Assembly: GCA_963422645.2 (NCBI GenBank)
Contig: CAXXVO010000008.1
Span: 32,001 to 96,000 of the forward strand
Source of the DNA: Alphaproteobacteria bacterium
GTDB lineage: Bacteria > Pseudomonadota > Alphaproteobacteria > UBA828
DNA length: 64,000 nucleotides
Direction: 5' to 3'
Part shown: positions 1-7,813 of the stretch, piece after piece
How the letters are laid out: each line of letters begins with the position of its first letter
How positions within the stretch are numbered: the first letter of the stretch is position 1
Translations under genes and position numbers: made by a program
Notes under the pieces: generated by a model
What the model was told of the DNA's origin: nothing
Seen by the model: only the letters and a program-made list of their open reading frames with translations
Database searches by the model: none

Positions 1-111
1 ATTGCGGGCTCGGCGATGGCTCGGCGCCGCCCGCAGAAAGTGTTCCTGTCACGCCCGGATAGGGCGTTCTACATGGGCATCTCTCCGATGCGGCGAGGGA
101 GGGATGCCGGA

Positions 112-1587
112 ATGGACAAGGACGACGCGGGCGCCAGGCGCGAGAAGTGGGCCCGGCTGCGCTTTGCGGTGGTGGGGCCGCTTCTGGCTTCACCGCCGCC
201 TGCAGGCCAGCTGGGGGCCGAGTTCGAGCGTCTGTCGCAGCGCGACTGGGAGCACCCGTCGGGCAAGGGGCCGGTGCGCTTTGCGGCCTCGACGATCGAG
301 CGCTGGTACTACCGGGCGCGGGCAGAGGAGCAGGACCCGGTCAAGGCGCTGCGCCGGAAGCCTCGGACCGACGTCGGCCGCGAGCGGTCCATGTCGGCGG
401 GGCTGATCGCGGCGCTGCGCGAGCAGTACCGGGTCCATCCCTCGTGGGCGGCGCAGCTCCACTACGAGACCCTCAAGGCTCATGTTGCGACCCATCCCGA
501 GCTCGGCCCGATGCCGTCCTACGCGACGCTGACGCGGGCGATGCGCAATCGCGGCCTGGTGCGCGAGCGCCCCAGGAAGTGGCACGAGGGTGAGGACAAG
601 CCGGCGGTCGAAGCCCGCGAGGTCCTTAGCTACGAGGTGTCTCGCAGTCACGCGCTGTGGCACGGGGACTTCCACCACGGCAAGCGCCGCGTGCTGACGG
701 CGTCGGGCGAATGGCAGACGCCCATCCTGCTCGGCTTCCTCGACGACCACTCCAGGCTTGGCTGCCACCTGCAGTGGTACCTGGAGGAGACCGCCGAGGT
801 CTTCGTCCACGGGCTCTGTCAGGCCTTCATGAAGAGGGACTTGCCCAGGTCCCTGCTGACCGACAACGGCGGGCCGATGACGGCGGGCGAGGTCGAGGAG
901 GGCTTGCACCGCCTCGGCATCGTGGGGGCCACGACACTCGCTTACAGCCCCCATCAAAATGGAAAAATCGAGTCGTTCTGGGGCACGGTCGAGGGCCGCC
1001 TGATGGCTCAGCTCGAAGGCGTCGACGCGCTCACCCTGAAGATGCTCAACGACGCCACCATAGCCTGGCTGGAGCAGGACTACCATCGGCGGGTGCACCG
1101 CGAGCTCGGCATGACGCCGCATGAACGCCTCGCCGGGAGCGTCAAGGCATCGAGGCCCTGCCCCGCCTCGGACGAGCTCAAGGCGGCCTTCCGCATCGCC
1201 AGGAAGCGCACGCTCAGGCGCTCGGACGGCACCGTCTCGGTCGAGGGCATCCGCTACCAGGTGCCACAGCCGTGGCGCCACCTGAGGACGCTCTGGGTCC
1301 GCTATGCGCGCTGGGACCTCAGCGGCGTCGATCTGGTGGAAGGCCGAAGCGGCGAGCGGCTGTGCACGCTGTACCCCCTCGACAAGCGCGGCAACGCCGA
1401 TGGCGTCCGCCGTCCTGCGAGACCCGGCAGCGACCATGGCGGCGCCAGCGCGGGCGTCGGCGAACTTCCGCCGCTGCTCAAGGGCGTGCTCGACGCCCAG
1501 GCCGCAACAGGCCTGCCGCCGGCCTGGGTACCCCATAACAAGACGCCCGGTCCGGGCGAGGACGACGATCAGGGAGATCCGTCATGA
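112..1587 (+). CDS. DDE (rve/Mu-like, TnsB-type) integrase/transposase
   Basis: Motifs WHGDFH, LLTDNG and NGKIESFW give the D-D-E triad. N-terminal HTH-like region (STIERWYYR); C-terminal R-x-DGTVS-x-x-G-x-x-Y-x-VP resembles Mu transposase. ATG at 112 follows a GGAGG-like RBS, but the frame is open from position 1. Confidence 0.9.
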   Translation: MDKDDAGARREKWARLRFAVVGPLLASPPPAGQLGAEFERLSQRDWEHPSGKGPVRFAASTIERWYYRARAEEQDPVKALRRKPRTDVGRERSMSAGLIAALREQYRVHPSWAAQLHYETLKAHVATHPELGPMPSYATLTRAMRNRGLVRERPRKWHEGEDKPAVEAREVLSYEVSRSHALWHGDFHHGKRRVLTASGEWQTPILLGFLDDHSRLGCHLQWYLEETAEVFVHGLCQAFMKRDLPRSLLTDNGGPMTAGEVEEGLHRLGIVGATTLAYSPHQNGKIESFWGTVEGRLMAQLEGVDALTLKMLNDATIAWLEQDYHRRVHRELGMTPHERLAGSVKASRPCPASDELKAAFRIARKRTLRRSDGTVSVEGIRYQVPQPWRHLRTLWVRYARWDLSGVDLVEGRSGERLCTLYPLDKRGNADGVRRPARPGSDHGGASAGVGELPPLLKGVLDAQAATGLPPAWVPHNKTPGPGEDDDQGDPS

Positions 1588-2417
1588 ACCGCGAGCTGCT
1601 CACCTTCTACGGGCTCAAATGGAACCCCTTCGCCACCGACCTTCCGGTCGACAGCCTCATGGTGAGCCCCGCCGTCGACAGCTTCTGCCTCAGAATCGAG
1701 CATCATCTTGTGCGCCAGGGCGGCTTCGCGTTGATCGCCGGCGAGCCCGGCACCGGAAAGAGCGTGGCGTTGCGCGTGCTCGCCGACCGCCTCGGCCGCT
1801 CGGACGGGCTCAGGGTCTGTGCCATCACCCACCCCTCTTCCAGGCTGTCCGACTTCTACCGCGAGATCGGCGGGATGTTCGGCGTCGACCTGATGTACAA
1901 CAACCGCTGGGCCAGCTTCAAAAACCTGCGCGAGCGATGGCTCACCCATGTCGACGACACCCGCATGCGGCCCGTGGTGCTCATCGACGAGGCCCAGGAG
2001 CTGCTGCCCTCGGTGATCTCCGAGATCCGCCTGCTGGCGTCCACCGACTTCGACTCGCGCGCCATCCTCTCGGTCGTCTTCGCCGGCGACAGCCGCCTGA
2101 TCGACAGGCTCCGCCAGCCCGACTTGCAGCCCATCGCCTCGCGCCTGCGCCAGCGCCTGGTCATGACCCAGGCAGACGCCGGCGACCTCGCGGCCCTGCT
2201 CGACCATCTGGTCGAGCAGGCCGGCAATCCGGGCCTCATGAGCGCAGAGCTCAAGGACACCCTGGTCACCCACGCCGGCGGCAACCCCAGGGCGCTTACC
2301 GTCATGGGCGACATGCTGCTCGCCGCCGGCGCCGAGAAGAACCGCGAGGTTCTCGACGAGAAGCTCTTCATGGAGATCCTGGGCGAGCCCGCCAAGCCGA
2401 AGAGGGCACGGCGGTGA
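1584..2417 (+). CDS. ExeA-like / TnsC-type AAA+ ATPase, transposition helper
   Basis: N-terminal FYGLKWNPF, Walker A GEPGTGKS, Walker B VLIDEAQ, GNPR motif; ATGA overlap with the transposase. Confidence 0.88.
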   Translation: MNRELLTFYGLKWNPFATDLPVDSLMVSPAVDSFCLRIEHHLVRQGGFALIAGEPGTGKSVALRVLADRLGRSDGLRVCAITHPSSRLSDFYREIGGMFGVDLMYNNRWASFKNLRERWLTHVDDTRMRPVVLIDEAQELLPSVISEIRLLASTDFDSRAILSVVFAGDSRLIDRLRQPDLQPIASRLRQRLVMTQADAGDLAALLDHLVEQAGNPGLMSAELKDTLVTHAGGNPRALTVMGDMLLAAGAEKNREVLDEKLFMEILGEPAKPKRARR

Positions 2418-3412
2418 AGGGCTTCCCGACACGGGCGCCGATGCAGCTCGAGGATCGCCCCCGGGCGCAACAGTGGATGGTGGACACGCTGTGGGCCGAG
2501 CAGGCCGTGGGCATCGTCGGCGGCGAGCCCAAGTGCGGCAAATCCCTGCTCGCGCTCGATCTCGCCGTCGCCGTGGCCACCGGCGTCCCATGCCTGCGCC
2601 ACTACCGCCCCAGCGCAAGCGGCACCGTGCTGCTCTTCGCCGCCGAGGACGCCGGCCACAGGGTGCGCAAGCGTCTGCAGGGGATCGCCCGCGCCGCCGC
2701 CACCCCCTTCGACGAACTCGACATCGCCGTCATCGACGTGCCCACCCTGCGTCTCGACCGGCCCGGCGACCGTCAACGCCTGCAGCAGACCGTGGAGCGC
2801 ATCGAACCGCGCCTCCTGATCCTCGATCCCCTGGTCCGCCTGCACAGCGTCGACGAGAACGCCGTCGCAGAGATCGCCCCCATCCTCGGCTTCCTGCGCG
2901 AACTGCAGCGCCGCTTCGAAACCGCCGTCCTCCTCGTCCACCACGCCCGCAAGAGCGGCGGCACCCGGCCGGGGCAGGCCCTGCGCGGGAGCAGCGAGCT
3001 GCACGCTTGGGGTGACTCAAATCTGTACCTGCGCCGGCGCGACAAGAAGATCGTCATGACGGTCGAGCAGCGCGACGCCCGGGGCCTCAACGACATCGAG
3101 CTGGAACTCGTCGACGGCGGACATGGGCCGGCCTTCCGTCTGCACCAGGACGCGGCAGATGAAGACAGGCACGAGCCCGCCACCGTCGAGCAGCGCGTCT
3201 TCAAGGCGATCGAGCAGGCCGAAAAGCCGCTCTCGAAAGCCCAGATCCGCTCACGCGCCGCTGCCCGCAACGCCACCGTCGTTGCCGCCATCGAGAGCCT
3301 CACCAGGGAGGGGCGCATCGAACGGGCGCCCAGGGGTGGCTATCGCCTCGCAGCCGCCGAGGCGCACCGGGAGCCGCAATCCCCTGCCGCCATCAACGGA
3401 AGTGCGGGATGA
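2414..3412 (+). CDS. RecA-superfamily ATPase/helicase (AAA_25 / RSF1010 RepA-like) with C-terminal winged-helix
   Basis: GTG start overlaps the upstream TGA. Walker A GEPKCGKS, AAED, Walker B LLILD, VHHARK and RGSSEL motifs; HTH-like tail LSKAQIRSR...AIESLTREGRI. Confidence 0.85.
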   Translation: MKGFPTRAPMQLEDRPRAQQWMVDTLWAEQAVGIVGGEPKCGKSLLALDLAVAVATGVPCLRHYRPSASGTVLLFAAEDAGHRVRKRLQGIARAAATPFDELDIAVIDVPTLRLDRPGDRQRLQQTVERIEPRLLILDPLVRLHSVDENAVAEIAPILGFLRELQRRFETAVLLVHHARKSGGTRPGQALRGSSELHAWGDSNLYLRRRDKKIVMTVEQRDARGLNDIELELVDGGHGPAFRLHQDAADEDRHEPATVEQRVFKAIEQAEKPLSKAQIRSRAAARNATVVAAIESLTREGRIERAPRGGYRLAAAEAHREPQSPAAINGSAG

Positions 3413-3473
3413 GGCGTTCCCGTTCCCGTTCCCGGAACTCTTAAGCGTTGAAGGGTACAGGAACGGGAACGCC
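3413..3473. repeat. Perfect 14-bp inverted repeat with CGTTCC tandem units; origin-like
   Basis: GGCGTTCCCGTTCC (3413-3426) and GGAACGGGAACGCC (3460-3473) are exact reverse complements; three tandem CGTTCC units start in the left arm. Confidence 0.8.
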
Positions 3474-3514
3474 GTCAGCCTCCCTTCCAAGCAGACCTTC
3501 GCCGGGACCCGGCA

Positions 3515-4384
3515 ATGAGCGGCGGCGATCCCCTGGCCACCTGCCGCAACATCCCCCTCGACCGGGTCGCCGCCGCCCTCGGCTACCGCAGAGACCCGAC
3601 CGACCGGGCGCGCTTCAAGCGCGGGGGCTCGGTCATCAGCATCAACGGCGAGAAGTTCTTCGATCACCTGCGCGGCACGGGAGGGGGTGGCGCCATCGAC
3701 CTCGTCATCCATGCGACGGGATGCCGCTTCCCGGAAGCCCTCCGCTTCCTCGGAAGCCATGAGGGGCGGAGGGAGATCACCACCATCCCAGCCGCCCCGC
3801 GACGCCTGCGGCTGCCAAGGCCCAGTCCCCGCGCCTGGCCCAGGGTCCGGGACGCCCTCATCCGCCAACGCGCTATCGGCACCGACGTGCTCGAAGCCTG
3901 CCACGGCCGAGGCCTCCTCTACGCCGATGACAGGATCAACGCCGTCTTCATCTGCCGAAACGCCAGCGGGCACACGACCGGCGCCGAGATCCTCGGCACC
4001 GCGCCGCAGCCCGGAACAAAACGCTTCAGGGGCATGGCCCCGGGATCGCGCAAGGCGCGTGGCGGCTTCTGGCTCCACTGCGACCGAAACCAGCCCGCCC
4101 TCGTCATCCTCACCGAGAGCGCCGTCGACGCCATCTCTGCACGAAGCCTGCGCGTCGAGGGGACGCGCGAGAACGGCGCCGTCGTCGCCTCAACCGCCGG
4201 CATCGCCAGCTCGGTCCCGCCCTGGATCAAGGAGTGGAAGCCACGTCGCATCGTCTGTGCCTACGACGCAGACAGCGCCGGCGACACTGCCGCCGAGCAT
4301 CTCGTGCTCAACGATCCAAGGGTGAAAAGGTTGCGCCCACGACACGCCAAGGACTGGAACGAGATGCTCCTGCGGTCTCGATGA
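3515..4384 (+). CDS. Toprim-domain primase-like protein (DUF3991/Toprim architecture)
   Basis: N-terminal GGGAIDLV...F-x-EAL-x-FL resembles primase N-terminal domains; Toprim motifs LTESAVDA, CAYDADSAG and KDWNE. Confidence 0.8.
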   Translation: MSGGDPLATCRNIPLDRVAAALGYRRDPTDRARFKRGGSVISINGEKFFDHLRGTGGGGAIDLVIHATGCRFPEALRFLGSHEGRREITTIPAAPRRLRLPRPSPRAWPRVRDALIRQRAIGTDVLEACHGRGLLYADDRINAVFICRNASGHTTGAEILGTAPQPGTKRFRGMAPGSRKARGGFWLHCDRNQPALVILTESAVDAISARSLRVEGTRENGAVVASTAGIASSVPPWIKEWKPRRIVCAYDADSAGDTAAEHLVLNDPRVKRLRPRHAKDWNEMLLRSR

Positions 4385-4480
4385 AAGCCAGGCCACTCAC
4401 CGCTCTCGCAGATCAACCAAGCGCCGCATCACGAACATCAAATAATCCGAAAACCGCACCATCAAATGCTGGGCGCACGC

Positions 4481-4843
4481 TCACTTTCTCGTCGACGGCT
4501 TGTACCGGTCGAAGTGGGCCTCCTTCCACTCGCCCTCGATGAATTCCCGCAACAGCGGAACAGCGCGTTTCGGCGCGGTCTCTCTGTCGGGCTCAGTAAG
4601 GGACTGCCGCGCGAGGCATTCCTTTCGGGCCTCGGCGATCCCCATTGTCGAGACGGGACCGAGAGAGACGCGCCGTGATACGCCTCCGACATGGCGCAAC
4701 ATGACAAAGGTCCGTGCTCCGGTTGACCGTACCCGGACCCCGAGACCCGGGCTGCGGCTGTCCCAGACGGTATATTCCCGCTCGCGGGGACGCAGGCGGG
4801 CGATGGCGGCATCGGTGAGGCGCATGCGTTTCCTGCCCGCCAT
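4481..4843 (-). pseudogene. Truncated tyrosine integrase (Arm DNA-binding domain only)
   Basis: LTDAAIARLRP...VWDSRSPGLGVRV is paralogous to the N-terminus of 4847..5968; it stops at 120 aa, before any catalytic domain. Confidence 0.8.
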
Positions 4844-4846
4844 GGC

Positions 4847-5968
4847 TCAGCGCTCCAGAATGGCGCCGACGGTCTCGGCGGCGTCCAGCACCATGGCGTC
4901 GGCGGCATGGGTGTATTTGAGCGTGGTTTTCGCACTGCGGTGCCCGAGCAGCCGGCCGATGGCGAGGACGGTCTCGCCCTGCCGCAATGCGATGCTGGCA
5001 TGGGTATGGCGAAGATCGTGAAGACGGACGTCGTTGAGGTCTGCCTCGGCGCGGATCGTAAACCAGAAAGGGTCCAGCCAACTTCTACCCGACGGCCCTC
5101 CGGTCCGGGGCGCCAGGAAGACCCACCGGCCGGTTCGCTCGATCCCGTCGAGGATCTTCCGTGCTGGGTCGGATAGCCAGACGGTTCGGGGACCCGTCTT
5201 GCTGTCGCGCAGGAAGAGACGGCCTTCCCGGTAGTCAGACCATCGCAGCGTCAGGATCTCGCTCTTGCGGCACCCCGTCAGGAGGAGAAGACGGACGGCC
5301 GCGACTTGAAGCGGCTTTCGTTCGGCATGAGCAGACAGTGCTGCGGACAGCCGGCGGATCTCGTCGTCGGACAGGAAGCACTCCCTCCCTTTCCGGCGAT
5401 AGCGCCGGATGCCCCGGCAGGGGTTGGAGCCCTCGGGACGAAGGCCCATCGTCTCCGCCTCTCTCATGATGACGGAGAGCACCGGCATGGAACGATCGGC
5501 CGCGACCGGGATAGCACGGAGCGAGGCGAACCAGTTGCGGACCTCCCGGCTGTCGACGTCGGCAACCGGGCGTCCCGAGAAGCACGGCAGGATCTGATTG
5601 CGCAGGTAGCCGCGGTTCACTTCGAGCGTTCGCGCCTTCCAGACCCGCTGGTAGCGCTCGAACACGGTCTCGGCGACGGCTTCGAAGAGGGTCTCGCCGG
5701 AATGGGGAGGCGTATCCTCCCCCCGCCGGATCGCGGCCTGCATTTCGTCTGCGCGACGCCGTGCCTCCCCGACGCTCATGGAGTTAGCATCCCCGACGAT
5801 CTTCCAGACGCGCTCGCCGCGATGCTGGCAGTGGATGAAGAAGCATTTGCGGCCCGAGGGCGAGACGCGGACGCCGAAGCCGGTGAGCTTGCTGTCGCGG
5901 GTGTCGTATGCGGACTTGCGGGGCCGGAGCGCTGTGACGCGGGCGGCGGTAAGAGTGATTCTGGCCAT
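4847..5968 (-). CDS. Tyrosine recombinase/integrase with Arm DNA-binding domain
   Basis: Catalytic residues R (TGCRKSE), K (DSKTG), HxxR (LHDLRH), H (LGH) and Y (TLKYTH) are all present. Confidence 0.93.
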   Translation of the reverse strand: MARITLTAARVTALRPRKSAYDTRDSKLTGFGVRVSPSGRKCFFIHCQHRGERVWKIVGDANSMSVGEARRRADEMQAAIRRGEDTPPHSGETLFEAVAETVFERYQRVWKARTLEVNRGYLRNQILPCFSGRPVADVDSREVRNWFASLRAIPVAADRSMPVLSVIMREAETMGLRPEGSNPCRGIRRYRRKGRECFLSDDEIRRLSAALSAHAERKPLQVAAVRLLLLTGCRKSEILTLRWSDYREGRLFLRDSKTGPRTVWLSDPARKILDGIERTGRWVFLAPRTGGPSGRSWLDPFWFTIRAEADLNDVRLHDLRHTHASIALRQGETVLAIGRLLGHRSAKTTLKYTHAADAMVLDAAETVGAILER

Positions 5969-6111
5969 TCGTATTCTCCCGGTTGCAGTTGCAGCCAGGG
6001 AACGGAGGGTTGCGGAATCCGTTCACCTGCAACAATTGTCAGGAGAAAAAACGACCCTGTGTCAGATGGTTAGAACCGAAGGTGCGTCGTCCGGTGTGCC
6101 TGACTGCGCAA

Positions 6112-6139
6112 GATGCCCGGAACGAGTCCGGGCATGACG
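6112..6139. repeat. REP-like palindrome
   Basis: GATGCCCGGAACGAGTCCGGGCATGACG has a 9-bp stem (ATGCCCGGA/TCCGGGCAT) and resembles alphaproteobacterial REP units ending in CATGAC. Confidence 0.6.
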
Positions 6140-6249
6140 AGAAGGGGGAAGGACTCGGTTGGAGGGGCAGCGCGTCTCTCCGACCGTATGCGAATGAACT
6201 TCGGAAACCGGACACTAGGTAGGGCCCGAGCTCCAAGAATCCACCCGAA

Positions 6250-7794
6250 CTAAGGCCGCACGGGAAAGCTCGTCGGGCCCTTCAGGTGCGCGAGCAGCGG
6301 CTGGACCCGGGCGATCCAGTCGCAGAGCACGGGGCGGGTCTCGCGCGGGTCGATGAGCTCGTGGATCGAGAAGCTCTCCGCGCGCGGCTCCGGGGACTGC
6401 CGCGCGAGCATCTCCTCCTCAAGCCGCTCGCGCTCGGCGATGGGGTCGTCGGCCTTGGCGATCTGGCGGCCGAAGACCACTGCCACGCCGCCCTCGACCG
6501 GGAGGGCACCCGTCTCGGCGGACGGCCAGGCAACGACGAATCCGTCAGGGCCGAAGTGCGCGGCCACGGCAACGCCATGCGCCTTGCGCACGATCACCGA
6601 CGCCCAGGGCACCACGGAACTCGCGGCAGCCAGCACGGTGGCCGCGCCGAAGCGGATCGTACCGGCCTTCTCCGCCTCCGTCCCGAGCATGAAGCCGGGC
6701 TCGTCGACCAGGCTCACGATCGGCAGGTGAAACGTGTCGCAGAGCTCGATGAAGCGGCGGGTTTTCTGAGAGCCTGCCGCGGTCATCGCGCCGGCCAGGT
6801 GCCAGCAGTCGTTGGCGAGCACGCCGACCGGCTGGCCCGAGAGCCGGGCGAGGCCGGTGATCGTGCCTTGGCCGTAGAGCCGGCCGATCTCGAAGAACGA
6901 GCCCTCGTCCAGCACCAGCGCAATCACGCGCCGCATGTCGTAGAGCTTGCGCCGGTTGCGCGGCACGATCTCGATGAGTTCCTCGGTCCGCCGGCCCGCC
7001 GGGTCGTCGGCCGCCGTGCAGGGCGGGAGCTCCCAGACGTTGGGCGGCAGGTAGCTCAGGAATCGACGGATCTCGGCGAAGGCCGCCGGCTCGTCCGCCA
7101 CAAGATTGTCGACGACGCCGTTCCTGGCATGCACCTTCGGCCCGCCGAGCGCCTCCTTGCTCGGGCGGCGGCCGAGCGCGCGCGCGACCACGGCGGGGCC
7201 CGCGACCATAACCTGCGTCGTCTCGGTCATCACCGAGAAGTGCGAGGCCACCAGGCGCGCCGCAGGCAGGCCCGCCACCGCGCCGAGCCCCGCCGAGGCG
7301 ACCGGCACGGTCGCCATCGCGCGAGCCACGGAGGCGAAGCGCGGCGGGGCGTTGACCGGCGTGCCCACCGTCTTGGAGCCGGAGCCGGCGACGCTGCCGC
7401 CCGCGCCCTGGTGCAGGCGCACCAGAGGCACGCGGTAGGTGCAGGCGAGTTCCTCCGCATAGACGCTCTTGCGCAAGCCGGCCTCGTTGGGCGAGCCGCC
7501 CCGGAGCGTGAAGTCCTCACCGCCAATCACGCAGCGGCGCCCGTCGACCGTGCCGAAGCCGAGCACGAAGTTGGCCGGGGAGAAATCGGTGAGCCGCCCC
7601 TCGCTGTCGCGGGTCGCATCGCCCGAGGCGCCGCCCAGCTCCTGAAAGGAACCGTCGTCGAGCATGGCGTCGATCCGTTCGCGGATCGTGAGCAGCCCCC
7701 TGGCGTGCTGTCGGGCGACGCCCTCCTCCCCGCCCTGCGCCTGCGCGAGCGCCCGCTTCTGCGCGAGCTCGTCGACCTCCTTCTCCCAGCTCAT
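6250..7794 (-). CDS. Acyl-CoA carboxylase carboxyltransferase (beta) subunit
   Basis: RERIDAMLDDGSFQE, DFTLRGGS, LGGPKVH...NGVVD, DEPGFM-x-G and IDPRETR motifs; start at MSWEKEV. Confidence 0.9.
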   Translation of the reverse strand: MSWEKEVDELAQKRALAQAQGGEEGVARQHARGLLTIRERIDAMLDDGSFQELGGASGDATRDSEGRLTDFSPANFVLGFGTVDGRRCVIGGEDFTLRGGSPNEAGLRKSVYAEELACTYRVPLVRLHQGAGGSVAGSGSKTVGTPVNAPPRFASVARAMATVPVASAGLGAVAGLPAARLVASHFSVMTETTQVMVAGPAVVARALGRRPSKEALGGPKVHARNGVVDNLVADEPAAFAEIRRFLSYLPPNVWELPPCTAADDPAGRRTEELIEIVPRNRRKLYDMRRVIALVLDEGSFFEIGRLYGQGTITGLARLSGQPVGVLANDCWHLAGAMTAAGSQKTRRFIELCDTFHLPIVSLVDEPGFMLGTEAEKAGTIRFGAATVLAAASSVVPWASVIVRKAHGVAVAAHFGPDGFVVAWPSAETGALPVEGGVAVVFGRQIAKADDPIAERERLEEEMLARQSPEPRAESFSIHELIDPRETRPVLCDWIARVQPLLAHLKGPTSFPVRP

Positions 7795-7813
7795 ATTGGG
7801 GACTTGTGGGGTC

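Larger units (their letters stand above)
1..4464 (+). mobile_element. Right part of a transposon: DDE transposase + AAA ATPase + helicase + primase; left end lies outside the window
   Basis: Four co-oriented genes, the first three coupled by ATGA (1584-1587) and GTGA (2414-2417) overlaps. The putative right end is ...CCATCA at 4464 (TG on the minus strand), where integrase-like sequence on the other strand stops. The boundary is inferred. Confidence 0.65.
4465..6218 (-). mobile_element. Tandem tyrosine-integrase element (one intact gene, one truncated gene)
   Basis: Two paralogous Arm-domain integrases 3 bp apart. A possible boundary is ...GAACTTCGGAAACCGGACACTAG (ends 6218), just before host genes resume; this is tentative. 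Confidence 0.55.

Noticed and set aside
1304-2413. Long N-terminal extension of the helicase ORF
   Set aside because: It is an off-frame overlap with the transposase and ATPase, Arg/Pro-rich; the GTGA coupling at 2414 marks the likely start.
1584-2417. Type II secretion component ExeA
   Set aside because: It has no membrane or peptidoglycan-binding domain and no secretion genes nearby; it is coupled to a transposase.
1-4464. CRISPR-associated or canonical Tn7 transposon
   Set aside because: No TniQ/TnsD, TnsA, cas genes or repeat-spacer array are visible, although the left part of the element is outside the window.
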